From contig CAVZKL010000017.1 in NCBI GenBank assembly GCA_963775895.1, forward strand, positions 160,001 to 224,000: a stretch of DNA of 64,000 nucleotides. The letters run 5' to 3'. Positions 1 through 10,716 of the stretch are shown piece by piece. The notes beneath the pieces were generated by a model. The model did no database searches. It was given only the letters and a program-made list of their open reading frames with translations, and was not told the DNA's origin. The position numbers and the translations under genes are program-made. The DNA is from Candidatus Bathyarchaeota archaeon (lineage in GTDB: Archaea; Thermoproteota; Bathyarchaeia; Bathyarchaeales; Bathycorpusculaceae). Each line of letters starts with the position of its first letter. The stretch's first letter is position 1.

Positions 1-13
1 AAAGTATGAACGC

Positions 14-433
14 ATGAACAAGAGAATACGCGATCTGCGCGTAGAAGTTGAGAACTTAAAGACCGAAAGCAGAGAATGCCACGAATCTCTCACTAACAAT
101 GCAAAGAAAAGCCAAGAACTTCATGAGAAAATGCTCGGAAAAGTCGAGGAGTTCAGAAGACTGCGAGCAGAAGCCGATAACGTGCACAAACAGTTTGTGG
201 CATCGAGAGAGAGTGCCCAGCCCGTGCAAGACGAAATTGCAGCTATCCTCACCGAAATTAAGAAACTAAAGGATGAGATGCGAGAAGAAGAGAAAAAGGA
301 AAAGAAGCAGAGTGAAGCTGAGTTGAGACAGACAATTGAAAGCAAGGCTAAAGAAAAGCTGAAGCGCGGCGAGAAACTGAGCTGGGAAGAATTCCAAGTT
401 CTTGCAGAAAAGGGAATTTCGACGCAAGATTAA
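14..433 (+). CDS. C-terminal part of an archaeal coiled-coil protein (COG1340-like), 5' end outside the window
   Basis: Glu/Lys-rich heptad sequence ending 'KLKRGEKLSWEEFQVL', typical of this family; lies upstream of the DUF373 gene. Confidence 0.65.
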   Translation: MNKRIRDLRVEVENLKTESRECHESLTNNAKKSQELHEKMLGKVEEFRRLRAEADNVHKQFVASRESAQPVQDEIAAILTEIKKLKDEMREEEKKEKKQSEAELRQTIESKAKEKLKRGEKLSWEEFQVLAEKGISTQD

Positions 434-448
434 AGTGATCACGCAACA

Positions 449-1651
449 GTGTACTACATGAATGAGATAAACATGAAAGCCGCTCCTGGAAACGAGCAAA
501 AACGTGTTCTTGTTCTTTGTGTTGACAGAGATGGTGATCTGGGAGCCAAGGCCGGCGTCAAGACCCCCGTGGTTGGAAGAGAAGAGAACCTGAACGCCGC
601 CGTATCCCTAGCCCTCAAAGATCCCGAGGAACCTGACGCAAACGCCATTTTCGAGGCGGTTCGTATATACGACCGCTTGAAGGCTGAAAACCGTCCTGAA
701 GAGACCGTTGAGGTGGCCAGTCTTTCTGGTTCTGAACTGGGCGGCATCAGCGCAGACAGGAAAGTCGTTGCCGAATTGAATGACCTATTGGGCTCGTTTC
801 AGGCGACCGAAGTAATACTGGTGTCCGACGGATACTCCGATGAAGCAGTGTTGCCCGTTATCCAATCTAGGGTGCCCGTGTCGTCGGTAAGGCGGATCGT
901 GGTTAAACACAGCGAGTCCATAGAAGAGACAGCTGCGCTGTTTACGCGATACCTGAGAGTTCTCGTGGATAGCCCGCGCTATTCTCGAATTGCATTAGGG
1001 GTGCCGGGTGTACTTATTCTCCTGCTGGGAATATTCTCCATTTTTGGATGGGTGCAGTATTATTTGATCGCGTTCGCCATTGTCTTGAGCGTGGTGCTTG
1101 TCGTTAGAGGTTTCGGCGTAGACAAGATGGCCAAGGATTTCTACAAATGGGCGAAAGAATACTCTCCGCCTCCATTGCGCGTTCAGATCTCGAACTTTTC
1201 CGCAATCGCCGGGGTGTTGCTATTTGTGCTCGGCGTGTATTTGGGAGGAGCCAAGGCTGCGTTAGAATTCACTGCACAACCCGACATAACATCCTATTTG
1301 ACAATACTTCCCAGACTTACGGGCTTCTTCATCGGGGATGCAATAACGCTCATCGTCATTGGCATATGCGTCGCCTTGCTTGGCAGAGCCATTCGATGGT
1401 ATCTTGAACACGACGCGCGTTTGTTGCGTAACGGCGCGTTGATCGTGACAATTGCATGGTCCAGACAGATTTTCCTGTCTGCTTCGGATTTGTTAAAAGG
1501 AGTCGAAGGCATCGAGAGAGTTGTCTTGGCTACAGTGATAGGCATCCTGATCGGAATAGCCTCAGTGCTCATAGTGTTTGTTCTGCACCGGAGAGCGAAG
1601 AAGTTCTTCCGTGAAGATGAACATCGGATGGAAGAATTCGGAGAAGAGTGA
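449..1651 (+). CDS. DUF373 family membrane protein
   Basis: N-terminal 'LVLCVDRDGDLG...DPEEPDANAIF' and 'VSDGYSDE' motifs followed by several TM helices. Confidence 0.85.
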   Translation: MYYMNEINMKAAPGNEQKRVLVLCVDRDGDLGAKAGVKTPVVGREENLNAAVSLALKDPEEPDANAIFEAVRIYDRLKAENRPEETVEVASLSGSELGGISADRKVVAELNDLLGSFQATEVILVSDGYSDEAVLPVIQSRVPVSSVRRIVVKHSESIEETAALFTRYLRVLVDSPRYSRIALGVPGVLILLLGIFSIFGWVQYYLIAFAIVLSVVLVVRGFGVDKMAKDFYKWAKEYSPPPLRVQISNFSAIAGVLLFVLGVYLGGAKAALEFTAQPDITSYLTILPRLTGFFIGDAITLIVIGICVALLGRAIRWYLEHDARLLRNGALIVTIAWSRQIFLSASDLLKGVEGIERVVLATVIGILIGIASVLIVFVLHRRAKKFFREDEHRMEEFGEE

Positions 1652-1661
1652 TGCCACGCGG

Positions 1662-1811
1662 ATGAACGGGACCGAGGAACGGCGCGCGACCGTCAACTGG
1701 CGTTGCAAGCCATCTTTTGAGCATTTGCATCCGATGACCGAGTGGAAAGTACCTCCAAGAGAATGGCAAGAACTAGGGAAACTCTTAATTGAGAGGATCA
1801 GGGTTTTTTGA
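1662..1811 (+). CDS. small hypothetical protein (~49 aa)
   Basis: ATG-initiated part of ORF 1578..1811 filling the gap between the DUF373 gene and uppS; no recognised motif. Confidence 0.35.
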   Translation: MNGTEERRATVNWRCKPSFEHLHPMTEWKVPPREWQELGKLLIERIRVF

Positions 1812-1869
1812 CATGAAACGCAAGGAAATCTCAGTGCGCCGAAGCACTTGAGAGTGCGGGGTTCGACTA

Positions 1870-2652
1870 GTGTTTAAGACGTTGCTTTCCGCCGTTGGGG
1901 CCTACAGGATTTACGAGGGATGGTTATGGCGTCAAGTTAAGGCTGGCGCCAAACCGGAACACATAGCCATTATTTTGGACGGTAACAGAAGGTGGGCTTC
2001 TGACAAGATTATGAACCCTTGGCTTGGACACGAAAAGGGCGCTGAGAAGGTTGAGGAGCTCCTTGATTGGTGCTTGAAACTGAACGTTAAATCAATGACG
2101 CTCTACGCGTTTTCAACAGAAAACTTCCGACGTCAACAGCTCGAGGTGGCCGAGATCATGCGGATCGCCGAGCAAAGTCTCAGGAAACTTCTGACGGACG
2201 AGCGCATACGAAAGAACAGGATAAGGGTGAAAGTCATCGGCAGAGTGAACTTGCTGCCAAAGAGCCTTCAGCGACTCATCGCAGACGTTGAAAAAGCCAC
2301 GCAGGACTACGATCAGCACTTCTTGAATTTCGCATTTGCCTACGGTGGAAGGGCCGAGATCGTGGATGCGGCAAGAAAGATCGCTGAGGAAGTTCATGAG
2401 GGCAAACTCGACCCTGAAAAAGTGGATGAAAAAACCTTTGAACAGTACCTTTACACTTCTCACATGCCCCAGCAAGATCCCGACCTCATTATCAGGACTT
2501 CGGGTGAGGCACGACTAAGTGGTTTTCTGCTCTGGCAGTCAGCCTACAGTGAACTGTGTTTTCTGGACGTCTATTGGCCAGATTTTCGCAAGATCGACCT
2601 GCTACGGTCCGTGAGGACTTTCCAGAAACGAAAGAGACGTTTCGGAGAATAA
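1870..2652 (+). CDS. uppS: cis-polyprenyl (undecaprenyl-type) diphosphate synthase
   Basis: 'HIAIILDGNRRWA', 'YAFSTENF', 'PDLIIRTSGEARLSGFLLWQSAYSE' motifs. Confidence 0.96.
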   Translation: MFKTLLSAVGAYRIYEGWLWRQVKAGAKPEHIAIILDGNRRWASDKIMNPWLGHEKGAEKVEELLDWCLKLNVKSMTLYAFSTENFRRQQLEVAEIMRIAEQSLRKLLTDERIRKNRIRVKVIGRVNLLPKSLQRLIADVEKATQDYDQHFLNFAFAYGGRAEIVDAARKIAEEVHEGKLDPEKVDEKTFEQYLYTSHMPQQDPDLIIRTSGEARLSGFLLWQSAYSELCFLDVYWPDFRKIDLLRSVRTFQKRKRRFGE

Positions 2653-2658
2653 CCAGGA

Positions 2659-3891
2659 TCAGGCTCTTTTGCGCGCGCTGACGATCGAGACCACGTCTCT
2701 GTCTTTCAGAATGTAGTCTTCACCAATGCGCTTCTTCTCACGAGCTTCAACTGCATAGATGAAGCCTTCACCGAGCTCCGTGTGAATTATGTACGCAAGC
2801 TGACGAGCCGTCGTTCCGTAGGGGACGAGGTAGGCGTCAGGCAGCACTCTTCCAGCGTGATCGCTCAAATGTTCAACGTCTTCAACGGGATAGACCGTTA
2901 TCATGCTCAACAATTTGAAGTAGGCGGTGTTGATCGCTTCCTGCACACCCGTTGAGCCGAAGTCCAGAAGGATTTTTTGTCTTATCGTCTCCAACGCCCT
3001 GATCTGGACCTCGTTGAGTCTTTCGGGTGCGCTGATCCCGAAGTTGCAGTCCCCAGGTCTGTAATCGATCAACTTTTTCTCCGCCGCTCTCCTCAGCGCG
3101 AGCTCCGCCTCCGAGCAGGCTGGAATCACGAGTTTATTGGCTTTCTTCAACCGTTCCAAGTTGGCTTCGGACGTGGGCAAGTCCATCTTGTTAGCAACGA
3201 TGAGTATAGGTTTAGAAACTTGCCTGAGCACATCCACGAACCTTAGGAAATCATCATCGCTCCAAAACGTCGGCTTGTCGGCGCTGAGGCCCGCTTTTCT
3301 TATCGCCTCAAGAAAGTGTGCGCGCTTTATTCCCAGTCCGCTTAACCGCTCTTCAAGCATCCCAACGAGGTCTTTCGACTCGGCTTCGGCTGTTCGTGCA
3401 ATTTTCAGCCAATCCTTCCTAAGAATCGAGGCCATCCACATCGTTATCTCGTGCTCAAGGAACTTCACGTCTTCCAAAGGATCATTCTCGCCAAGTTTGC
3501 AGAGTCTGCCTTCACAGTCCGTTCCACCCGAAGCGTCAACGATGTGTATCAGCGCGTCGGCCTTTCGAATCTCATCCAAGAACTGGTTGCCAAGCCCCTT
3601 TCCCTCCCAAGCTCCGGGCACGAGCCCCGCACAGTCGATGAAGTCGATGGGTATGAGTCTCACACCGTTCATACATATGGAGTTGGCAGGATTGTCAGTG
3701 ACATCGAATTCTTCGTGGACGCACGGCGTTCGAACGTAGCCTATTCCCCTGTTGGGTTTTATCGTCGTGAACGGATAGTTTGCGATCTCCGCGGGAGCCA
3801 GCGTTGCCGCACAGAAGAAAGTCGATTTCCCAGTGTTAGGTTTTCCAACGATTCCCAACAATTTCGAATAGGACTTCTGCATTTCCCTCAC
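2659..3891 (-). CDS. ychF: Obg/YchF-family GTPase/ATPase (archaeal) with C-terminal TGS domain
   Basis: 'GKPNTGKST', 'ANYPFTTI', 'DCAGLV', 'NKMD' G-motifs. Confidence 0.92.
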   Translation of the reverse strand: MREMQKSYSKLLGIVGKPNTGKSTFFCAATLAPAEIANYPFTTIKPNRGIGYVRTPCVHEEFDVTDNPANSICMNGVRLIPIDFIDCAGLVPGAWEGKGLGNQFLDEIRKADALIHIVDASGGTDCEGRLCKLGENDPLEDVKFLEHEITMWMASILRKDWLKIARTAEAESKDLVGMLEERLSGLGIKRAHFLEAIRKAGLSADKPTFWSDDDFLRFVDVLRQVSKPILIVANKMDLPTSEANLERLKKANKLVIPACSEAELALRRAAEKKLIDYRPGDCNFGISAPERLNEVQIRALETIRQKILLDFGSTGVQEAINTAYFKLLSMITVYPVEDVEHLSDHAGRVLPDAYLVPYGTTARQLAYIIHTELGEGFIYAVEAREKKRIGEDYILKDRDVVSIVSARKRA

Positions 3892-4015
3892 TCCCTGCCG
3901 TCAGTCCTCAGGTCAAATCTGCTTTTGCAGTTGTTAGATACCTTGGTGCGAGACTCTATATGGTTTGTGCTGGCAAGACTGACCTGAACAAATCAAAAGG
4001 AAAACACTCTCACGC

Positions 4016-4099
4016 CGTGCATATTTGGATCCTAATATTCATGATACATTGAAACCGAGGAGGGTAGGGTACACAATAAGCTTTTTTTCAGCGAATAAA
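4016..4099. repeat. Non-coding element, copy 1 (inverted copy at 22496..22578)
   Basis: 4016..4064 is the exact reverse complement of 22530..22578 (49 bp). GTACACAAT and CAGCGAATAAA blocks are also shared, with identical 11-nt spacing between them. Confidence 0.95.
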
Positions 4100-4152
4100 T
4101 CCCCGCACACTTCACCGTGCAACTAAGCCCATATGTCGAGCATCCTCACTTT

Positions 4153-5521
4153 CTAAGCTTCTCGGTCAACGATCTTCTTGATCTTTCTCAACGCAGGACT
4201 CAGCCTGACAGGATATCGACGAACACGCGTAAGCCTCTTGTAATCGTCAGGGAGTCGCGATAGGTTCTCAATAGTTGCTTCTCTGATCTCTTCCAGACTA
4301 GGCGCCTCACGCGAGGATCGTCCTCTTTCCATGACTCTAGTCAACAAAGATTCCCCAGCCACCTTCTCATTCTCCAACCCGATCACGTCCTGAACGTACC
4401 TTCCGTCCTCGTCGCTCTGCCTGAAAACCTGTTTCCTCCCCGGCAACGTGATCTTGCCCTCGCTCAATTTCATCGCCGGAACAAAAACCCCACGCTCAAA
4501 CATGCCCGACAGTTTATAGACAACGTCAACATAAGGCCTGTCAAAAGAAGTACTCATTCGCGTGCCAACTCCAAACGCATCGATCATCGGCGCCCTTTCT
4601 CAACAAATCCGCGATCACAAACTCGTCCAAATCTCCGGTCGCGAAGATCTTAACGTACTCAAGACCATGAGAATCCAGTATCCTCCTCACTTTCCTACTC
4701 AAACCCAGCAAATCACCGCTGTCGAGCCGAACGGCGTTCAACCTACGCCCCTCCTTCTCAAGCTCTTTAGCGACGACGGCAGCGTTCTCGGCGCCCTTCA
4801 ACGAATCGTAAGTGTCTATGAGCAGAGTTGAACTGTCCGGAAACGTCCTTGAAAAAGCTCTGAAAGCATCTATCTCATGGTCGAAGGACATGACGTAAGA
4901 ATGCGCCATAGTTCCAAACACAGGAATATTGTACTTCATGCCTGCAAGAACGTTGGAAGTACCGTCAGCTCCGACGAGATAGCTACACCTCGCCGCCTTC
5001 ATTCCAGCATCGGTTCCCTGACTTCTCCTCAGACCGAACTCCACCACAGACCTGCCCCGCGCCGCACAGACCACTCTGGAAGCTTTCGTAGCTAACATGG
5101 TCTGCAAGTTGACCGTGTTAAGAATGAACGTCTCAATCAACTGAGCTTCAATCATGGGCGCAGTGACCCTAATCAGGGGCTCGTGCGGAAAGACCACAGT
5201 TCCCTCACGAACGGCCCACACTTCACCCGTGAACCTGAAGTCTTCAAGATAATCAAGAAACTCCTCACTCAGCTTCCGTTTCCTCAAATACCCGATCTGC
5301 TCTTCACCGAACCTCACGTTTTCCAGATAAAGCAACACCTGCTCCAGCCCGGCGAAAATGAAGTACGACCTGTTGGGAGGCAGTTTTCGAATGAAAAGAT
5401 CAAACGTCGCGACTTCATTCCTCTCGTTTTCAAAATAACTTGCACACATTGTCAACTCATAAAAATCGGTCAAAAGATCCATGTTCGTTTCACTAACAAA
5501 GTCAAAGCCAGCTTTCTTCAT
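4153..5521 (-). CDS. pncB: Nicotinate phosphoribosyltransferase (apparent frameshift near 4590)
   Basis: 'LLTDFYELTM', 'EFGLRR', 'GTMAHSY', 'VRLDSGD' in ORF 4541..5521; C-terminus 'IDAFGVGT...VYKL...KITLPGRKQV' in ORF 4153..4587. Confidence 0.92.
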
Positions 5522-5650
5522 TCCGCACCCTCAGAAGCAATATTTTTGGCTGTTCACTTTAACCTATCTCTCCAAGCACTACAAAGTGTTTTTCCAGTGA
5601 ACGTTTATCTGGCTTCTTCACAGCCTTCCATCTGAGCTGGGGAGCTACGC

Positions 5651-6364
5651 ATGTCTATTTTGTCAACCAAAAAACTCAGACGTCTTTCCCTCGGTTTCCC
5701 CACTTTAGACGATGTTTTTACAGGATTTGAGCTCGGCGATTTTGCCGTCACACAAGGCAATGCAGCGCCATTCATGTCCTCGGTTCTTTCTGTCCGTGCT
5801 CAGTTACCAAGCGAGCGCGGAGGTTTAGAATCATCTGCCGTTTTCATCGATGGCGGCAACTCGTTTAGCCCCTATGAAGTTGCGGAAACCGCACGCGATT
5901 ACGGCTTGGATTGCAAGGCAACCTTGGAAAAAGTGTACGTTTCAAGGGCTTTCACCGCCTACCAGCTTTCATCACTAGTTCTTGACAAGGTTTGTTCCGT
6001 TCTGCGAAAGACTAGGACTAGACTACTGATCATCTCAGACATCACCTCTCTGTTTCTTGATCGCGACATGCCCAAACTTGAAGGAAGAGAACTCTTCATG
6101 AAACTCTGTTCAAAACTTTCTGCAATTGCATCCGAAAAGCAGACGATCGTTGTCGTCAGCTATTTTCCGCAAAGTCGATCCAGACAGAGTTTGTTCTTTG
6201 AAGCTGCTTTGTTCGGAAAATCCAACGTACTAATCACGTTAAAGAGGCGCGGACAAGCAGTAAGTGTCTTTTTGGAAGACCATCCTCACATCAAACCTTT
6301 CTGCATGGATTTTACCCCTGATAAACAGCACGGTCACATTTATGGAGGCACGAGTTTTGGGTAG
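5651..6364 (+). CDS. Inactivated RecA/RadA-fold ATPase associated with PolB2
   Basis: 'LSLGFPTLDD', 'VFIDGGNSFSPY', 'VSRAFTAYQL'; Walker A lysine absent; first gene of the PolB2 operon. Confidence 0.8.
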   Translation: MSILSTKKLRRLSLGFPTLDDVFTGFELGDFAVTQGNAAPFMSSVLSVRAQLPSERGGLESSAVFIDGGNSFSPYEVAETARDYGLDCKATLEKVYVSRAFTAYQLSSLVLDKVCSVLRKTRTRLLIISDITSLFLDRDMPKLEGRELFMKLCSKLSAIASEKQTIVVVSYFPQSRSRQSLFFEAALFGKSNVLITLKRRGQAVSVFLEDHPHIKPFCMDFTPDKQHGHIYGGTSFG

Positions 6365-6626
6365 AACCGTTCCGTCTTACAGACAAGCTTTAGAAGAGGA
6401 GATCATACGTTGGGAAGGCTTCAAGAGAGCTCTGCGAGACAAAGACGAAGAAGCGTTTGACAGAATGATGAACGCGTGCAGGATCTACGCGTCAGCGGGC
6501 GGCATGGCGACAAGACCTATACTCACCGAGGCGATGTTCATGTCCATCTTGCTGAGCCATCGGAAAGAACTAATGGAGATCCGGGAAAGTCTTGAGCGAC
6601 TTGAAAAAAGGCTTCGTCAAACTTAA
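6357..6626 (+). CDS. Small helical PolB2-associated protein (arCOG07300-like)
   Basis: 'GRTVPSYR...W..FKRALR..D...FD.M' signature; sits between the RadA-like gene and polB2; TTG start at 6357 inferred (ORF track 6264..6626). Confidence 0.8.
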   Translation: MGRTVPSYRQALEEEIIRWEGFKRALRDKDEEAFDRMMNACRIYASAGGMATRPILTEAMFMSILLSHRKELMEIRESLERLEKRLRQT

Positions 6627-8892
6627 TCCCGTTCGAGGATGGCTGTTTGACGTTTACCCTTCAGGCCCGGACGAGATTACTATCTGGCTTATTACAGAAA
6701 ATGGCGAACGCGTTCGATTCATTGATAGGTTTATCTTTAGAATTTATGTTTCTGGAAATCTTTCTGACCTCAACCGCTTAGCGGAAAAGACCAAGAGCAA
6801 CAATCTGATAACAGATTGTCGTCTCGTTGAAAAGAACGCCGATTTCATGGAAGGCCACAAGCACAAAGTCTTGGAAGTGAGCATCAAAGATCACACGAAA
6901 GTTTCATATTTAGCCACAGATCTGTTCAGGTTTGGCAATAACGGAAGCCTTCGTTTCTACAATGTTGATGTCACAGTTCCACAAGCCTATTTGTACGACA
7001 AAGATGTTTTCCCATTCGCACATGTTATGGTCGTCGCCTCTGGAAAACGACTTTGTTACGACTTGCTTGATTCGGTTGAAAGCGTCGATTATTCTCTCCC
7101 CAAACTGCGCTCGCTATGGCTCAAGGTGAGTGTCAAGAAAGAAGGAGTTTCACAAAAACCGACTGACAAGATAGATCGCCTTTCTTTGGAACATGATGGA
7201 AAGACAACGGTTATCGATGACGCCAATGAAGAAACGAAGATCCTTGAGCTTGTTAAAGCTTTCAAGAATTTAGATCCTGACGTGGTTTTCACGGAAGGTG
7301 GAGACTCCTTCTCGCTGCCCTATCTCGCTCATCGCGCCTTCGTCAACGGCGTACTGGATCGTTTTGTACTAAGCAGAGAAGACATTCCTTTGAAATTGAT
7401 CAAAGGCAAAGGAACAACCTTCTTCTCTTATGGTCGAGTTTACCACAAAGCTCCGATGCAGAGACTTTTCGGCAGAGTGCACATCGACGTTAACAACACG
7501 TTCATCTATTCCGCATGCGGTTTAGAAGGACTCATTGAGGTTTCAAGAACCTGCAGAGTTCCCATCCATCGCTCTTCAAGAGCTTCTATCGGAACAATAA
7601 TGTCTTCTCTACAGCTTTACACCGCGTGGAAAGATAGCACTCTGATTCCGTGGAAAAAGAACGAGCCAGAATCTTTCAAAACAGCGTGGGAATTGTTTGT
7701 TGCTGATCGCGGCGGTTTCATTTTTGAGCCCAAGATCGGCTTTCACACAGATATTTTCGAAGTTGACTTCACCTCTATGTTTCCTACACTAATGCTAACG
7801 CGGAACATTTCAGCTGAGACTGTCCTCTGCAAGTGCTGCCCAGACTCCAACAACCGAGTTCCAGAACTAGGCTACAACATTTGTGAAAAGAGGGAAGGGA
7901 TCGTTCCTAAAACTCTGAAGTTGCTCTTAAGGAAACGTTCGAGGTACAAGAGTCTGATGAGGGAAATTGAAGACCCGAACTTAAGGCACGTTTACAGCAT
8001 GCGGCAGGCTGCTCTTAAATGGATTTTAGTGACATGCTTCGGCTATTTAGGGTACAGAAACGCGCGTTTCGGAAAGGTTGACGCTCATATCGCCGTATGC
8101 GCTTTTGCCCGCGACGCATTATTGAAGACAGCTAGACTGGCCGAAGAGCATGGTTTTGAAGTTATTCACGGCATTGTAGATTCGCTGTGGCTGAAGAAAA
8201 TAAACGCCCACCCTGGAGAGATCGTTGATTTTTGTCATGAAACTTCAAAAGCCATTAACGTTAACTTGGGTCTTGAAGGGAAGTATCGGTGGATCGTTTT
8301 TCTACCCTCGAAAGTCTTGGAAGACGTTCCAGTTTTAAACAGGTATTACGGCGTGTTTGAGAACGGCGATATTAAGCTCAGAGGTGTTGAGGCCAGACGA
8401 GGAGACACGCCCATTCTAATTGTCAAAGCTCAGATGGAAATGATCAGGAAACTCGCAGGCGCAAACAGTCTGGCAAGTTTCAAAGAAAAAATCCCTGAAG
8501 CTTTGCACGTATTGAGAGCTTATGCAGATAAAGTGGTAGAAGGTGAAGTGGATTTACAGGAATTGCTAATTACCAAAAGAATCTCAAAAACGCCTACGAA
8601 CTATAGCCATGACGTTCTTCAGGCAATCGCGTCAAAACAGTTGGAGAAGGCAGGTTTTGAGGTGCACGCAGGACAAACCGTCCAGTATGTGATGACGAAT
8701 GTCGCATCTAAATGGGTCAATGAAAGGGTCACTGCAGAGCAACTCCTGAAGTCCAGCACCCATTACGACGTTAAGGAGTATATTAAACTCCTAATTTCAG
8801 CAGGAGAAACTCTATTCAACCTGTTCGGATACAACAAACGCTTTATTGAAACCGAAGCTCTATTCAATGAACGCCAGCAGATGCTTTCATAA
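6592..8892 (+). CDS. polB2: Family B DNA polymerase, PolB2 (Dpo2) group
   Basis: Motif A 'VDFTSMFP', motif B 'KWILVTCFGY', degenerate motif C 'HGIVDS' (instead of YGDTDS), degenerate exonuclease domain. Confidence 0.9.
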   Translation: MSDLKKGFVKLNPVRGWLFDVYPSGPDEITIWLITENGERVRFIDRFIFRIYVSGNLSDLNRLAEKTKSNNLITDCRLVEKNADFMEGHKHKVLEVSIKDHTKVSYLATDLFRFGNNGSLRFYNVDVTVPQAYLYDKDVFPFAHVMVVASGKRLCYDLLDSVESVDYSLPKLRSLWLKVSVKKEGVSQKPTDKIDRLSLEHDGKTTVIDDANEETKILELVKAFKNLDPDVVFTEGGDSFSLPYLAHRAFVNGVLDRFVLSREDIPLKLIKGKGTTFFSYGRVYHKAPMQRLFGRVHIDVNNTFIYSACGLEGLIEVSRTCRVPIHRSSRASIGTIMSSLQLYTAWKDSTLIPWKKNEPESFKTAWELFVADRGGFIFEPKIGFHTDIFEVDFTSMFPTLMLTRNISAETVLCKCCPDSNNRVPELGYNICEKREGIVPKTLKLLLRKRSRYKSLMREIEDPNLRHVYSMRQAALKWILVTCFGYLGYRNARFGKVDAHIAVCAFARDALLKTARLAEEHGFEVIHGIVDSLWLKKINAHPGEIVDFCHETSKAINVNLGLEGKYRWIVFLPSKVLEDVPVLNRYYGVFENGDIKLRGVEARRGDTPILIVKAQMEMIRKLAGANSLASFKEKIPEALHVLRAYADKVVEGEVDLQELLITKRISKTPTNYSHDVLQAIASKQLEKAGFEVHAGQTVQYVMTNVASKWVNERVTAEQLLKSSTHYDVKEYIKLLISAGETLFNLFGYNKRFIETEALFNERQQMLS

Positions 8893-8969
8893 CAATGGAT
8901 TCTATCGAAAAATCGCTAGTCTTAATAGTTTGGTGCGTCATTGTAATTTTTTCTAATCTGGTGTAACAA

Positions 8970-9932
8970 GTGGCACCTGTAATTCGCATGCAAAACCTGA
9001 CAAAAAAATACGAAAAAGTAACAGCAGTCGATCATCTGACCATGGATGTGGAAGAAGGCGAAATACTTGGGTTGCTGGGGCCTAACGGTGCAGGGAAAAC
9101 CACTGCGATCCTAATGCTTGCCACTGTAATTAGACCTACAGAAGGTACGGCCTTTGTAGGGGGATATGATATACGCAAGCAGCCTGAAAAAGTGCGAGGC
9201 ATGCTAGGCATCGCGTTTCAGGAACCGAAGATGCTGTGGGTTTCTACTCCATGGGACCTGGTCAACTGGCACGCGAAAGTCTGCGGTCTTTCAACTGAAG
9301 AAAGGAAACGGCGGGTCAAAGAGGTGTTAAATGCCGTGGAGATGTGGGACGCGCGACGAAAGAACGTCAGCGAACTTTCGGGTGGCATGCGAAAACGAGT
9401 TGAAATGGCCAAGGTATTGGTTCAAAGACCGAAGATCGCGATAGTGGATGAGCCCACTGCGCAGATCGATATCGTTGGCAAGCACAGAATCTGGAACATG
9501 CTCCTAGAACTTCGAGACGAAGGCTCGACGATCATTTTGGCGACAAATGAGCTTTACGAAGCTGACCAGCTCTCAGATCGCGTTGGAATATTACACAGGG
9601 GAAGACTATTGGTATGTGACACTCCGAAAGAGCTGAAAGACAGTATCGTGGGCGGCGACATAATGGACCTGCAGTTTGAGAAGGACGCACCTCCGGGGAT
9701 AGTTGTTGAACTCAAGACACTCCGAGAGGTCGCTGATATAACACAGCTTAAACCGACTAGCATGCGCATCTACCTGAACAAGGTCGAGGAGATTGTTCCG
9801 CGAATAATGAACCTTTTCGCCAAGAAGAACGTTCAGATCACGTCTGTGAGAATGAGTGAACCTAGTTTGGATGACGTTTTCGCACACTATACAGGTCTCA
9901 CGATTGAAGAGGCACAGAAGGATGAGGAGTGA
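8970..9932 (+). CDS. ABC-2 type exporter ATP-binding protein (DrrA-like)
   Basis: 'GPNGAGKTT', 'LSGGM', 'IVDEPT'. Confidence 0.92.
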   Translation: MAPVIRMQNLTKKYEKVTAVDHLTMDVEEGEILGLLGPNGAGKTTAILMLATVIRPTEGTAFVGGYDIRKQPEKVRGMLGIAFQEPKMLWVSTPWDLVNWHAKVCGLSTEERKRRVKEVLNAVEMWDARRKNVSELSGGMRKRVEMAKVLVQRPKIAIVDEPTAQIDIVGKHRIWNMLLELRDEGSTIILATNELYEADQLSDRVGILHRGRLLVCDTPKELKDSIVGGDIMDLQFEKDAPPGIVVELKTLREVADITQLKPTSMRIYLNKVEEIVPRIMNLFAKKNVQITSVRMSEPSLDDVFAHYTGLTIEEAQKDEE

Positions 9933-9948
9933 GAAATAGACGAACAAG

Positions 9949-10716
9949 TTGCTCCTTGTCATTGAAAGGGACGTTCGTCTTTTCTTTCAGTACAAGTTCA
10001 TAATTATTCTGAGAGCTATCTGGTTCGTTGCACAGATTGTCTTGTTCGGATTGATTGCGTCCAACATGATGAACGTGAACGTCGTCAAAGACTACTTCCG
10101 TTACTATGTTGCGGGACTTTCGGTAATGACATTGTATTCCGCAGCAATATTCATCGGCTTCGACATCTATGAAGAAGCTGAACACGGCGTTTTTGAGTAC
10201 TTACTCAGTCTGCCGGTTTCTAGAAGACAGCTCGTTCTCGGCAGGTCGATAGGTGGAGGATTGAGGTCATTCATATACGTAGGACCGCTAATCGCCATTT
10301 CACTTTACGTCATAGGATCACTTAATCCACTTCAGTTCCTCGTTTCATTACTTGCGTTGTTTCTGTTTTCATTTGGCGTCTCCGGATTTAGCATAACGTT
10401 GGCAGTCATGATAAAATCAAGTGACAGATTCGACATACTAATGGGAGTATTAGACGCGTTGATCGTTCGTCTTAGCACAGCTATGTATCCTTTGGTAATT
10501 GTAATGAAAGCCAACCCTGCTTACGGTGAATTGGCCACGTTTAATCCCGTGACCTTCGCAGCAGACCTATTCCGTTGGGGAACAGGCCTAGAAAGCATAA
10601 TAACGATCAGCAACCCGCTGTTATCCTTGTTGGGCGTTGTTATTTTCTTCGGTCTATTCACCTATTTCGGCGTCGTGATCTATGAGAGACGTATTGAAGG
10701 CGGTGGATGGCGATGA
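9949..10716 (+). CDS. ABC-2 type permease
   Basis: About 6 TM helices, 'EYLLSLPVSR', 'NPVT'; downstream of the ATPase. Confidence 0.88.
   Translation: MLLVIERDVRLFFQYKFIIILRAIWFVAQIVLFGLIASNMMNVNVVKDYFRYYVAGLSVMTLYSAAIFIGFDIYEEAEHGVFEYLLSLPVSRRQLVLGRSIGGGLRSFIYVGPLIAISLYVIGSLNPLQFLVSLLALFLFSFGVSGFSITLAVMIKSSDRFDILMGVLDALIVRLSTAMYPLVIVMKANPAYGELATFNPVTFAADLFRWGTGLESIITISNPLLSLLGVVIFFGLFTYFGVVIYERRIEGGGWR

Noticed and set aside
4016-4043. XerA dif site
   Set aside because: The 11-6-11 layout fits, but the inner TAA/TTA triplets typical of dif arms are not present. Kept only as a weak hypothesis.
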